Origin: Desulfobacterales bacterium
GTDB taxonomy: Bacteria > Desulfobacterota > DSM-4660 > Desulfatiglandales > Desulfatiglandaceae
Reading direction: 5' to 3'
Length of the DNA stretch: 41,146 bases
Assembly: GCA_027024445.1 (NCBI GenBank)
Contig: JALVSJ010000202.1
Coordinates: forward strand, 1-41,146
In this document: positions 1 through 8,489 of the stretch, piece after piece
Position numbering within the stretch: the first letter of the stretch is position 1
Layout of the letters: each line of letters opens with the position of its first letter
The notes under the pieces: generated by a model
Databases searched by the model: none
Seen by the model: only the letters and a program-made list of their open reading frames with translations
What the model was told of the DNA's origin: nothing
Made by a program: the position numbers and the translations under genes

Positions 1-265
1 GATCATGATAAAGGGGTACGCTTTCGGGCAGGAATCCGATTCTTTCTCTCACCTGGAGGCTCTGCGTCCTCGTCTCCAGGCCGTCGATCCTTGCGCTCCC
101 TTCAGAGGGGGGCATGAAGCAGGTGAGGATCCTGAGTATGGTAGTCTTGCCCGCGCCGTTGGGGCCCAGTAACCCCACGATCTCACCGCGTCTTATCTCA
201 AAAGATATGTCCTCTATGGCGAGCTTGAGACCGTAGTATTTTGTGAGAGACTCTGCGACGATCAT
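1..265 (-). CDS. ABC transporter ATP-binding protein, N-terminal fragment (the gene continues past the left edge)
   Basis: Truncated, so absent from the ORF track. Reverse-strand translation from the ATG at 265-263 gives MIVAESLTKYYGLKLAIEDISFEIRRGEIVGLLGPNGAGKTTILRILTCFMPPSEGSARIDGLETRTQ... It has a canonical Walker A (GPNGAGKT) at the usual position for ABC ATPases. Confidence 0.85.
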   Translation of the reverse strand, partial: MIVAESLTKYYGLKLAIEDISFEIRRGEIVGLLGPNGAGKTTILRILTCFMPPSEGSARIDGLETRTQSLQVRERIGFLPESVPLYHD

Positions 266-272
266 GGAAAAT

Positions 273-307
273 AAAGTTATGAGTTAGAAGTTAGGAGTTA
301 TGAGTTA
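273..307. repeat. Five tandem heptamers NNAGTTA (aaagtta tgagtta gaagtta ggagtta tgagtta)
   Basis: Read directly from the sequence. The array fills almost the whole 39-nt spacer between the DUF362 stop (305-307) and the ABC gene start (265). On the coding (minus) strand it reads TAACTCA TAACTCC TAACTTC TAACTCA TAACTTT. Confidence 0.8.
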
Positions 308-1414
308 TATCTTAATTAACTCGTACTCACGGGACCCCAGCCCTAGCCTTTCTGCATATTCGAGCTGTATGGCCCAATCAATCCTGGGATAAATGGCTCT
401 AAACTTGTCTTCCCCTGGCTCCCCTCCCTTCGATATGCAGGAGCCTTCTGCAGCCCTTTGACTGTTTACCAGATCTACTGAGGCCTGATCAATGGCGACA
501 GGATCCCTAGAGGCCACTATTCCAATATCATGCACGATAGGGGCATCGCTGTGTCCATAGCAGTCACAGGCAGGAGATATGGCAGTGAGGAAGTTGACAA
601 ATAAAGAGCGCTTCTCTTTACCTTTGAGGACCGCCGCTGTGTACTCGACCATTTTTTTCTGAAATAGTTCCACGTCCTGTGACCACCTTATATCAATGGC
701 CTTATTTGGGCACACGATGATGCACTCACCACAACCTATGCATTTGGCCTCATCTATCCTGGCCTTCTTGTCTACTATGGTTATGGCCCCCTGGGAGCAG
801 TGCGCTACGCAATCACCACAGCCCACACACTTTTTCCTCTTTACCTTGGGGGACATATCAGAGTGTTGTTCAAGCTTGCCCCTTCTCGCAGCACAGCCCA
901 TCCCCACGTTCTTTATTGTGCCGCCGAAGCCCGCCAGTTCGTGCCCTTTAAAATGGGCTACGCTCAGAAAAGCATCTGCTTCCACAATATCCTTGCCTAT
1001 GTAAGCCGTCTTTATATACTCTCCGTTTACCTGCACCTCGGCGTAAGAGGCCCCCCTGAGCCCATCTGCAATAATCACCGGAGCATTGATGACAGCATAT
1101 GCAAATCCGTTTTCAAGGGCGGTGGTAATATGGGAAACACTGTCCCCCCTAGTACCGGCATACAGGGTGTTGCTGTCGGTCAGGAAGGGACTTGCCCCAA
1201 GCTCTTTTACTTTCTCAACTACCTCCCGGAGAAATATGGGCCTGATGAAGGCCGTGTTTCCCTTCTCGCCGAAATGAAGCTTTATGGCCACGAGGCCGTG
1301 ATTCGGAACCACATCCTCTATGCCTGCCCGGTCCAGTAAGCGAGCAAGCTTTGCAAAAAGGTTCTCCTTGACAGTGGTCCTCAGGTCACTGAAATACACA
1401 CGGCTAGAAGCCAT
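305..1414 (-). CDS. DUF362-domain iron-sulfur protein with a 2x[4Fe-4S] ferredoxin-type insert
   Basis: 369-aa ORF. The N-terminus (VYFSDLR...IKLHFGEKGNTAFIRP...FLTDSNTLY) resembles the DUF362 family. There are two CxxCxxCxxxCP motifs (CVGCGDCVAHCS, CIGCGECIIVCP). A GGAGGA RBS precedes the ATG. Confidence 0.8.
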   Translation of the reverse strand: MASSRVYFSDLRTTVKENLFAKLARLLDRAGIEDVVPNHGLVAIKLHFGEKGNTAFIRPIFLREVVEKVKELGASPFLTDSNTLYAGTRGDSVSHITTALENGFAYAVINAPVIIADGLRGASYAEVQVNGEYIKTAYIGKDIVEADAFLSVAHFKGHELAGFGGTIKNVGMGCAARRGKLEQHSDMSPKVKRKKCVGCGDCVAHCSQGAITIVDKKARIDEAKCIGCGECIIVCPNKAIDIRWSQDVELFQKKMVEYTAAVLKGKEKRSLFVNFLTAISPACDCYGHSDAPIVHDIGIVASRDPVAIDQASVDLVNSQRAAEGSCISKGGEPGEDKFRAIYPRIDWAIQLEYAERLGLGSREYELIKI

Positions 1415-1657
1415 TTTATCCTCCTGTTATAAAGTTTAACCAAAGGTTGAGTGGAAGTGCCTAAAGAGATTAAAGATCATTTGAAAACCTGTCAACGAGT
1501 ATCAACACCCATGCCTATTTTTCCGTTGACAATGAAAAGGGCCATGGATTAATAAAAATTGTTATCATTGTGGTATACTTGAATGTGCTTTCGGGCCTTT
1601 CTGATAACTTGATGAATTCCAAAGAATCTATGGAAAAGCGGTAAAGCGGTGGTTAAT

Positions 1658-2329
1658 ATGGAACGCCCTAGATATTTAGATTTAATGTTTACCAAGTCAT
1701 TCGCTCTCACGGTGTTGGTGGTGGTTTCTTATCTGCTTGTGGTCGGTCTTTTGGCCGCGGGCGAAAAAAAGGCCTGGGCCCAGGGCCCCAAGAAGATCTT
1801 GAGTATTGAAGCCTATGACATGCTCAATACGGTGCCTGATACCTATTTGATAGATATTCGCACCAGGGCTGAGTATCAATTCGTGGGTCACCCAGTAGGA
1901 GCATATTCATTCCCATACATGTTTTATACCAATACCTTGGGAAGAAGCGGCGAGAAGTTTAGCTATCTGGCCAACGTAAAAAACAAGGACTTTGTCCGAG
2001 AGATTAGCAAAGTATTCAAGAAAACAGACAACCTCCTTATCATAGGCAGAGACGGCACCCGTAGCTCTTTAGCTGCCAAAGAGCTCATGGAGGCGGGTTT
2101 CAAACATGTATTTGATGTTGAGGATGGTTTTGAGGGACCACTATTTCCCTCTTTTAAGGACGAGAACAAGAACAAATTCTATCGGCAACTAGCGAAAAGA
2201 AATAAGATTTTTGGATATAATCACAGAAGACACTATGGATGGCAGTGGTGGGGATTACCCTGGACATATGATATGGATCCGAAGTTTCTCTATCCACCCG
2301 ATGTTGCCCCCAAACCCGAGAAAAAATAA
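1658..2329 (+). CDS. Membrane-anchored or exported rhodanese-homology-domain protein (active-site Cys apparently absent)
   Basis: The ORF track starts at a GTG (1649); the ATG at 1658 (MERPRYL...) is preferred. The N-terminus has a hydrophobic helix (FALTVLVVVSYLLVVGLLAA). The rhodanese-like core reads YLIDIRTRAEYQFVGHPVGA ... LLIIGRDGTRSSLAAKEL. The position normally holding the catalytic Cys (..CRSGxRS..) reads G. Confidence 0.7.
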   Translation: MERPRYLDLMFTKSFALTVLVVVSYLLVVGLLAAGEKKAWAQGPKKILSIEAYDMLNTVPDTYLIDIRTRAEYQFVGHPVGAYSFPYMFYTNTLGRSGEKFSYLANVKNKDFVREISKVFKKTDNLLIIGRDGTRSSLAAKELMEAGFKHVFDVEDGFEGPLFPSFKDENKNKFYRQLAKRNKIFGYNHRRHYGWQWWGLPWTYDMDPKFLYPPDVAPKPEKK

Positions 2330-2343
2330 GGAGGTCTCCAAAT

Positions 2344-2520
2344 ATGGAAAGCCAAGAATTGGCCCAAATCCTGAAACAAATTGAAGAAAAAGGTATAGAT
2401 TGGGGAAAACTGGAAGAAGAACTCAAGATCTCTAAAGAGCTGCTTAACCTGTATGCTCAATCTGGCCCTGTACCTCCCCGAATAATTAATAACCTGAAAA
2501 AATTTGTTGAAGAGAACTAG
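2344..2520 (+). CDS. Small hypothetical protein (58 aa)
   Basis: Below the ORF-track size cut-off. The ATG at 2344 sits 7 nt after a strong AAGGAGG. Translation: MESQELAQILKQIEEKGIDWGKLEEELKISKELLNLYAQSGPVPPRIINNLKKFVEEN*. The composition looks helical and non-repetitive. No family was recognised. Confidence 0.4.
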   Translation: MESQELAQILKQIEEKGIDWGKLEEELKISKELLNLYAQSGPVPPRIINNLKKFVEEN

Positions 2521-2553
2521 GATTTTCCACAGTCCCGGGAAGCGAGCGAATTG

Positions 2554-2582
2554 TTGACAACTATCTCTTGAGCCATTAACTT
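2554..2582 (+). promoter_or_regulatory. Candidate sigma70 promoter for trxA-trxB
   Basis: TTGACA (2554-2559), a 17-nt spacer, then TAACTT (2577-2582). It lies about 38 nt upstream of the trxA ATG, which has a GGAAAGGAG RBS. Confidence 0.45.
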
Positions 2583-2620
2583 GAGTAAAATTCATTTGGA
2601 GATGGGAAAGGAGTTGAAGC

Positions 2621-2944
2621 ATGGGAGATATACTCCAGGTTACGGATGAAAACTTTGAACAAGAAATCCTGAAGTCGAATATTCCAGCTATGGTTGATTT
2701 TTGGGCTGAATGGTGCGGCCCTTGCAAGATGGTGGGTCCCGTTGTGGAAGAGCTGGCCAAGGAATACGAAGGCAAAATAAAAATAGGAAAGATGAATGTG
2801 GATGAAAACCGACAGACCCCTGCTAAATTCGGGATCAGGGCAATTCCAACATTGATACTTTTCAAAGACGGCCAAGTTGCCCAGACCATCGTAGGTGCAC
2901 AACCAAAAAGCGCTATCGAGGAAGAATTGAAGAAGCTTCTGTGA
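2621..2944 (+). CDS. trxA: Thioredoxin
   Basis: 107 aa with a canonical WCGPC redox motif and the thioredoxin fold signature ([11 protein letters not shown]...[14 protein letters not shown]). Confidence 0.95.
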   Translation: MGDILQVTDENFEQEILKSNIPAMVDFWAEWCGPCKMVGPVVEELAKEYEGKIKIGKMNVDENRQTPAKFGIRAIPTLILFKDGQVAQTIVGAQPKSAIEEELKKLL

Positions 2945-2990
2945 TTTTCTCTAGACCTTTGAGTCACGCATTTCGATGCAAATTCTCTCG

Positions 2991-3029
2991 GCCCCGACTT
3001 GGCCTTAGGCAAAGGCGGGGTTTTATTTT
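2991..3029 (+). terminator. Possible intrinsic terminator or attenuator between trxA and trxB
   Basis: GC stem ccccg(2992-2996)/cgggg(3016-3020) with an inner cctt/aagg pairing, followed by TTTTATTTT (3021-3029). The 5' arm carries a bulge, so it is imperfect. Confidence 0.4.
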
Positions 3030-3046
3030 GAAGGGGTGATGTTCAG

Positions 3047-3961
3047 ATGAGAGATATCATTATAGTTGGAGGAGGGCCCGCAGGCCTCACTGCGGGCCTT
3101 TACTGCGCAAGAGCAAGATTGGATGTTATTCTGTTTGAAAAGATGACGCCAGGAGGCCAGGTTCTGCTGACCGATGTGGTGGAAAATTATCCTGGTTTTC
3201 CCGAGGGAATCTCCGGCTTTGAACTCATGGACAGGATGAAAAGGCAAGCAGAGGGCTTTGGGCTCCCCATTGAAATGAGAGAGGTGTTGGGATTCGAATT
3301 TAGTTCTGAGACCAAAACCGTGACAACTGACAAGGGTGAGGAGAAAGCCAGAGCCATCATCCTTGCCTGTGGTGCCACTCCAAGGAAATTGGGCATTCCA
3401 GGCGAACAGCTGCTCACGGGCAAAGGGGTATCGTACTGTGCTACGTGTGATGGGCCTTTTTATAGAGATCAGGAGGTGGCTGTGGTTGGCGGAGGAGATA
3501 CCGCAGTAGAAGAGGCCCTGTTTCTTACCAAGTTTGCCACCCGAGTATACCTCATCCACAGACGTGACCAATTGAGGGCCACCAAAATCTTACAGGAAAG
3601 GGCAATGGCCAATGACAAGGTCCAGATAATTTGGAATACAATACCTGTCAGGATATTGGGAGAAAATGGTGTGGAAGCCATTGAACTCAAGAATGTAAAG
3701 ACATCTAAGATGAGCACCTTAAAGGTGCAAGGTGTCTTCATCTTTATCGGCTACGAACCCAACACCCAGATGGTAAAAGGCTTGCTGGACCTTGACGAGT
3801 TAGGATTCATAAGAACCAATGCCGAAATGCAAACTTCTGTCCCAGGTGTTTTTGCAGCAGGAGATATACGTTCAAAAAATTTGAGGCAAATATCTACGGC
3901 CGTAGGGGAGGGAGCAACTGCTGCCTTCTCAGCAGAAAAGTATTTGGAAAGCAGTGCATAA
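3047..3961 (+). CDS. trxB: Thioredoxin-disulfide reductase
   Basis: 304 aa. It has an FAD motif (GGGPAG), the redox-active CATCDG, an NADPH motif (GGGDTAVEEA) and a C-terminal GVFAAGD. Confidence 0.95.
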   Translation: MRDIIIVGGGPAGLTAGLYCARARLDVILFEKMTPGGQVLLTDVVENYPGFPEGISGFELMDRMKRQAEGFGLPIEMREVLGFEFSSETKTVTTDKGEEKARAIILACGATPRKLGIPGEQLLTGKGVSYCATCDGPFYRDQEVAVVGGGDTAVEEALFLTKFATRVYLIHRRDQLRATKILQERAMANDKVQIIWNTIPVRILGENGVEAIELKNVKTSKMSTLKVQGVFIFIGYEPNTQMVKGLLDLDELGFIRTNAEMQTSVPGVFAAGDIRSKNLRQISTAVGEGATAAFSAEKYLESSA

Positions 3962-4032
3962 AGTCGGCTTTCGCGGGAATGACGGCTGAGGAAGGATTTT
4001 ATTACAAATCCTTCTTGAAGAATAGAAGCACC

Positions 4033-4743
4033 ATGAAAAAAACCTGTAATCTCATCAAAGTCGCAATACTTTTATTTTGTATGACCATAACCCTCAGTAG
4101 CTGCAGCCTGTATGACCAACTTTTCGGTGAGCTGGAGCCCGAGGCCCCCGCTGCACTGATGGAAAAAGGTATGGAGAGTATGGCATCAGGCAACTACCAA
4201 AGGGCCATAGATGCCTTTGAGAAGATTAGAGATCGTTACCCCTATAGCAAATACGCCATTGTGGCCGAGTTGAAACTGGCAGACGCACTATTCGGAAAAG
4301 GCTCTTACGATGAGGCCTACGATGCTTATGATGAATTTGAAAGGCTCCATCCCACAAACCCTCAAATTCCTTACGTTATATACCAGAAAGGCATGTGTCA
4401 CTTCAAACAGATAGGGTCAATAGACAGGGACCAATCCCATACAATAAAGGCCAAAGAGGAGTTTGAAAGGCTAATAAAAAGATTTCCCGATAACACTTAT
4501 GCCAGATTGGCTGAGAAGCGCCTGAGAGATTGTTTTGTTGAGCTTGCGGAACATGAACTTTACGTTGGAAAGTTCTATTACAAGATAAAGAAGTACAAGG
4601 CAGCCAAGGGAAGATTTCTTTATATCCTCCACAACTACCCCGATCTGGGCCAGTACCACGAAGCCCTCAAGTACCTGAGCCTCTGCGAGGAAAAACTGGC
4701 GGAGCAAAAGGCCAAAGAAGCAGCAAAGCAAGCAAAAAAATAA
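4033..4743 (+). CDS. bamD: Outer membrane protein assembly factor BamD (TPR lipoprotein)
   Basis: The ORF track starts at 3979. The internal ATG at 4033 gives MKKTCNLIKVAILLFCMTITLSSC, with a lipobox (LSSC). The body is TPR-rich and YfiO-like (YQRAIDAFEKIRDRYPYSKYA..., YYQKGMCHF, YARLAEKRL). Confidence 0.85.
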   Translation: MKKTCNLIKVAILLFCMTITLSSCSLYDQLFGELEPEAPAALMEKGMESMASGNYQRAIDAFEKIRDRYPYSKYAIVAELKLADALFGKGSYDEAYDAYDEFERLHPTNPQIPYVIYQKGMCHFKQIGSIDRDQSHTIKAKEEFERLIKRFPDNTYARLAEKRLRDCFVELAEHELYVGKFYYKIKKYKAAKGRFLYILHNYPDLGQYHEALKYLSLCEEKLAEQKAKEAAKQAKK

Positions 4744-4745
4744 TA

Positions 4746-7385
4746 TTATCTTTCTGCCACTAGCTTGTAAGCTCGCTCTAGTGCTTCGGCCAGCTTCTCT
4801 GCTTTAGGCCCTCCCCCCTGGGCCATGTCAGGCCTACCGCCCCCCTTTCCGCCTACTATCTCTGAAAGAACCCGTATAACATCTCCTGCCTTGAATTTAT
4901 CAAGGAGGTCTTTGGTAATCACACAAGTGAGCATTGCCTTGCCGTTTTTCCTTGCACCAAGCACTATCACCCCGGAATGAAGCTTGTCCTTCAGCCTGTC
5001 GGCGGATTCCCTGAGCTCTTTTGGAGACTCTGCCTCGATCTCCTTGGCAAGGACCTTTATGCCATTTATTTCCCTCACATCCGCCATGATATCTTCGGAT
5101 TTCTTGGTGAGAAGCTTCGCCCTGAGTGATTCTATCTCCTTTTCCTTTTCTTTAAGGTCCTGCGTCAGGCCCTTCACCCGCTCGATCACACGATCCGGGG
5201 TGGTTTTCAACATCTCGGCCATCTCTTTTAGCTGGCGATCCTGGACCTGATCATGGATTAAAGCTGCCTCACCGGTTAGTGCTTCAATGCGCCTCAGGTT
5301 GGCACCTACCGAGCCCTCGCTCACTATCCGAAACAGACCGATATCCCCCGTGCGGGAAATATGGGTTCCTCCACAAAGCTCTTTACTCACGTCTTCCCCC
5401 ACACATACCAGTCTTACGCGCTCACCGTAGCGCTCCTCAAAAATGGCCATGGCACCTGTTTTCATGGCCTCTTCTCTGTCCATTTCCGTAATACTTACAG
5501 GCAAGTTTTCACGGATACGGCGATTAACCCAACGCTCTACCTCTTGTAAAGTGTCAATGGGGATCTGAGCAAAATGGCTGAAATCAAAGCGAAGCCTCTC
5601 CGGTGAAACAAGGCTGCCCGCCTGCTTCACATGCTCTCCCAGGATATCCCGCAAGGCCGCATGCAGCAAATGGGTGGCCGAGTGATTAAGGGCCGTGGCC
5701 TTTCTTTTCTCTGGATCCACCTCGGCAGTCACGGTCTCACCCACCCCTAGTTCGCCCTTTTCCACCATGCCTTTGTGCACGATTATATTCTGAGCAATCT
5801 TTTGAGTATCATCTATTCGTACAACACACTGTTCCGTCTTGATAATGCCCTTGTCTCCTACCTGACCTCCAGATTCCCCGTAAAATGGACTCCGGTCAAG
5901 TACGATCTCCACGTTGGCGCCAGCCCCTGCCCTGTTAACTTCTCTGCCACCAGAGACCAGAGCAATTACCTTTCCGTTATCAGAAAGGGTCTCATAGCCT
6001 GTAAACTGCGTCTTAAACCCCTGGCTGAATAGTTTCTTATAAGTAGGAGGAATATCCTCTTCTCCACTGCCCTTCCACGAGGCCTGGGACATCTTGCGTC
6101 TGCCTTCCATGGCCTTTTCAAAGCCATCGAGGTCCACTGTAAGCCCCTCCTCCCGGGCCACGTCCTGGACGATATCTATGGAAAGGCCATAAGTATCGTA
6201 AAGCTTGAAAGCCACATCTCCAGGTATGACCGTGGATTTTGTATTCTTCAATTTTTCGACCTCATCATTCAGCACCCTGATCCCATAGCGAAGGGTATCA
6301 GCGAATCTTTTCTCTTCGTTGCGGACCACCCCTTCTATGAACTCTCTGGATGTAATGAGTTCAGGGTAATCTTCCCCCATTATATCTATCACCTTCAGGC
6401 AAACCTTGTTGAGGAAGGGCGGCTCCAGGCCAAGATTTTGACCATATCTGACCGCTCTGCGGATAATTCTCCTTAGAACGTAACCCCGCCCCTCATTGGA
6501 GGGCATTACGCCATCACCTATGAGAAACGCCACGGCCCTGGAATGGTCGGCGATTACCCGAAAAGACACATCCTGCCTCTCTTGCCGGCCATAGTTTTTT
6601 CCCGATAACCTCTCAACCTCGCCGATGATGTCTTTGAATAGATCCGTCTCATAATTGGATTTCACACCCTGCACCACTGCAGCAATCCTTTCCAGACCCA
6701 TACCAGTATCAATATTGGGGCTGGGAAGAGGAACAAGGGTGCCGTCAGGCTGACGGTCAAACTGGGTAAAAACCAGGTTCCAGATTTCAAGATACCTGTC
6801 ACAGTCACACCCGGGGGCGCAATCCGGGCGACCACAGCTCAACTCTTCACCCTGATCAATGAGGATCTCAGAGCAAGGACCACAGGGCCCTGTGTCTCCC
6901 ATGGCCCAGAAATTGTCCTTTTCCCCCAACCTTACAATCCTATCTTCAGGAACACCTATTTCCTTATGCCATATCTCAAAGGCTTCATCGTCGTCCTTAT
7001 ATATTGAAACATACAGTTTTTCCTTGGGAAGCCCGAAACCGTTGGTCAAAAGGTCCCACGCCCACTCGATGGTCTCCTTCTTGAAATAGTCGCCAAAGGA
7101 GAAGTTTCCCAGCATTTCAAAGAAGGTATGATGGCGGGCAGTATAGCCTACATTTTCGAGATCGTTGTGCTTGCCCCCTGCCCTCAAGCATTTTTGAGAA
7201 GTCACTGCACGGGTATAGGACCTCTTTTCTTCTCCCAGATACAACCTCTTGAACTGAACCATCCCCGCATTTGTGAACAGCAGGCTTGGATCGTCATGGG
7301 GAATCAAGGATGAACTGGGGACCACCTCATGGCCCCTTTCTTTGAAATACTCGATAAATGCCTTTCTAATCTCCCTAAAATTCAT
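4746..7385 (-). CDS. alaS: Alanine--tRNA ligase
   Basis: 879 aa. The class-II AlaRS N-terminus reads FIEYFKERGHEVVPSSSLIP..DPSLLFTNAGM. The editing-domain motif is HSATHLLH and the C-terminal DHHA1-type motif is GGKGGGRPDMAQGGG. Confidence 0.97.
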   Translation of the reverse strand: MNFREIRKAFIEYFKERGHEVVPSSSLIPHDDPSLLFTNAGMVQFKRLYLGEEKRSYTRAVTSQKCLRAGGKHNDLENVGYTARHHTFFEMLGNFSFGDYFKKETIEWAWDLLTNGFGLPKEKLYVSIYKDDDEAFEIWHKEIGVPEDRIVRLGEKDNFWAMGDTGPCGPCSEILIDQGEELSCGRPDCAPGCDCDRYLEIWNLVFTQFDRQPDGTLVPLPSPNIDTGMGLERIAAVVQGVKSNYETDLFKDIIGEVERLSGKNYGRQERQDVSFRVIADHSRAVAFLIGDGVMPSNEGRGYVLRRIIRRAVRYGQNLGLEPPFLNKVCLKVIDIMGEDYPELITSREFIEGVVRNEEKRFADTLRYGIRVLNDEVEKLKNTKSTVIPGDVAFKLYDTYGLSIDIVQDVAREEGLTVDLDGFEKAMEGRRKMSQASWKGSGEEDIPPTYKKLFSQGFKTQFTGYETLSDNGKVIALVSGGREVNRAGAGANVEIVLDRSPFYGESGGQVGDKGIIKTEQCVVRIDDTQKIAQNIIVHKGMVEKGELGVGETVTAEVDPEKRKATALNHSATHLLHAALRDILGEHVKQAGSLVSPERLRFDFSHFAQIPIDTLQEVERWVNRRIRENLPVSITEMDREEAMKTGAMAIFEERYGERVRLVCVGEDVSKELCGGTHISRTGDIGLFRIVSEGSVGANLRRIEALTGEAALIHDQVQDRQLKEMAEMLKTTPDRVIERVKGLTQDLKEKEKEIESLRAKLLTKKSEDIMADVREINGIKVLAKEIEAESPKELRESADRLKDKLHSGVIVLGARKNGKAMLTCVITKDLLDKFKAGDVIRVLSEIVGGKGGGRPDMAQGGGPKAEKLAEALERAYKLVAER

Positions 7386-7390
7386 GGTTT

Positions 7391-8404
7391 CTACTCTTCA
7401 GCTCCTTTGTGCTCTCTTAATGATTTGAGGCCACTCTTTTCCATGATAAGATCAGCAATCTTATCCCTTATGTCAGTATGCTCGGCCAGGAAACGCTTCA
7501 CGTTCTCCCGGCCCTGGCCGATCCGCTCATCTCCAAAGGAGTACCATGATCCACTTTTTTCCACTATGCCCATGGACACACCCAGGTCCAATATATCACC
7601 TTCCTTTGAAATGCCCTTTCCATATACGATGTCAAACTCCGCCTCCTTAAAGGGCGGAGCAATTTTGTTCTTTACCACTTTCACCCTTGTGCGATTTCCG
7701 ATCACCTGATCGCCTTCCTTTATTGCACCGATCCGCCGTATGTCAAGGCGTTGAGTCGCATAGAACTTGAGGGCATTGCCTCCTGTTGTGGTCTCGGGGT
7801 TACCAAACATCACTCCTATCTTCATCCTTATCTGATTGATGAATACTACACATGTTTGGGACTTGCTGATTGTCCCGGTAAGCTTTCTAAGGGCCTGGCT
7901 CATCAATCTGGCCTGAAGCCCAACATGCTGATCACCCATTTCTCCTTCTATCTCGGCCCGCGGTACAAGGGCGGCAACCGAATCTATAACCAATGCATCA
8001 ATAGCTCCACTTCGTACAAGGATTTCTGCAATGTCCAGGGCCTGCTCTCCCGTATCAGGCTGTGACACTAAAAGACTTTCAACATCCACCCCCAGATTTC
8101 TGGCATACGAGACGTCCAAAGCGTGTTCCGCATCAATAAAGGCCACCATTCCGCTTTGCTTCTGGGCCTCCGCAGCGATATGCAGCGCAAGGGTTGTCTT
8201 GCCCGAGGACTCTGGCCCAAAGATCTCTACCACCCGTCCCCTTGGCACGCCGCCTATACCGAGGGCGATGTCGAGGGAAAGAGACCCCGTGGGTATGGCC
8301 GGGACGTCCATTACAGCCCTATCACTCATCTTCATGATGGAGCCCCTGCCAAACTGTCTCTCGATTTGGGAGATAGCCTGCTCGACCGCCTTTTCCCTGT
8401 CCAT
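7391..8404 (-). CDS. recA: Recombinase RecA
   Basis: 337 aa with Walker [10 protein letters not shown], plus FIDAEHALD and the L2 region. It has no intein-sized insertion. The stop lies 5 nt before the alaS start. Confidence 0.98.
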   Translation of the reverse strand: MDREKAVEQAISQIERQFGRGSIMKMSDRAVMDVPAIPTGSLSLDIALGIGGVPRGRVVEIFGPESSGKTTLALHIAAEAQKQSGMVAFIDAEHALDVSYARNLGVDVESLLVSQPDTGEQALDIAEILVRSGAIDALVIDSVAALVPRAEIEGEMGDQHVGLQARLMSQALRKLTGTISKSQTCVVFINQIRMKIGVMFGNPETTTGGNALKFYATQRLDIRRIGAIKEGDQVIGNRTRVKVVKNKIAPPFKEAEFDIVYGKGISKEGDILDLGVSMGIVEKSGSWYSFGDERIGQGRENVKRFLAEHTDIRDKIADLIMEKSGLKSLREHKGAEE

Positions 8405-8489
8405 GGGTTTACCCCCTTTCGACCTTTGTGATTAAGTTACAAGCTACTAGAACAGTGCTGTTTTGTAAAGCCAAGAGCCCTTCTTCCTA

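Noticed and set aside
273-307. CRISPR-like or minisatellite array
   Set aside because: The 7-nt units have no spacers, so this is far too short for CRISPR. It is reported only as a heptamer tandem repeat.
2290-3012. 240-aa minus-strand ORF covering the small ORF/trxA region (also 2576-2902 minus)
   Set aside because: It is antisense to trxA, whose WCGPC thioredoxin identity is unambiguous. The translation is Ser/Phe/Leu-rich and low-complexity with no motif. It is a typical shadow ORF.
3979-4032. N-terminal extension of bamD (track start at 3979)
   Set aside because: The internal ATG at 4033 gives a standard lipoprotein signal peptide with lipobox LSSC. The extension would bury that signal.
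7391-8404. Inteins or insertions in recA and dnaE (19720-23226)
   Set aside because: Both proteins have standard lengths (337 and 1168 aa). The motifs are contiguous, with no Cys/Ser...HN splice-junction blocks.
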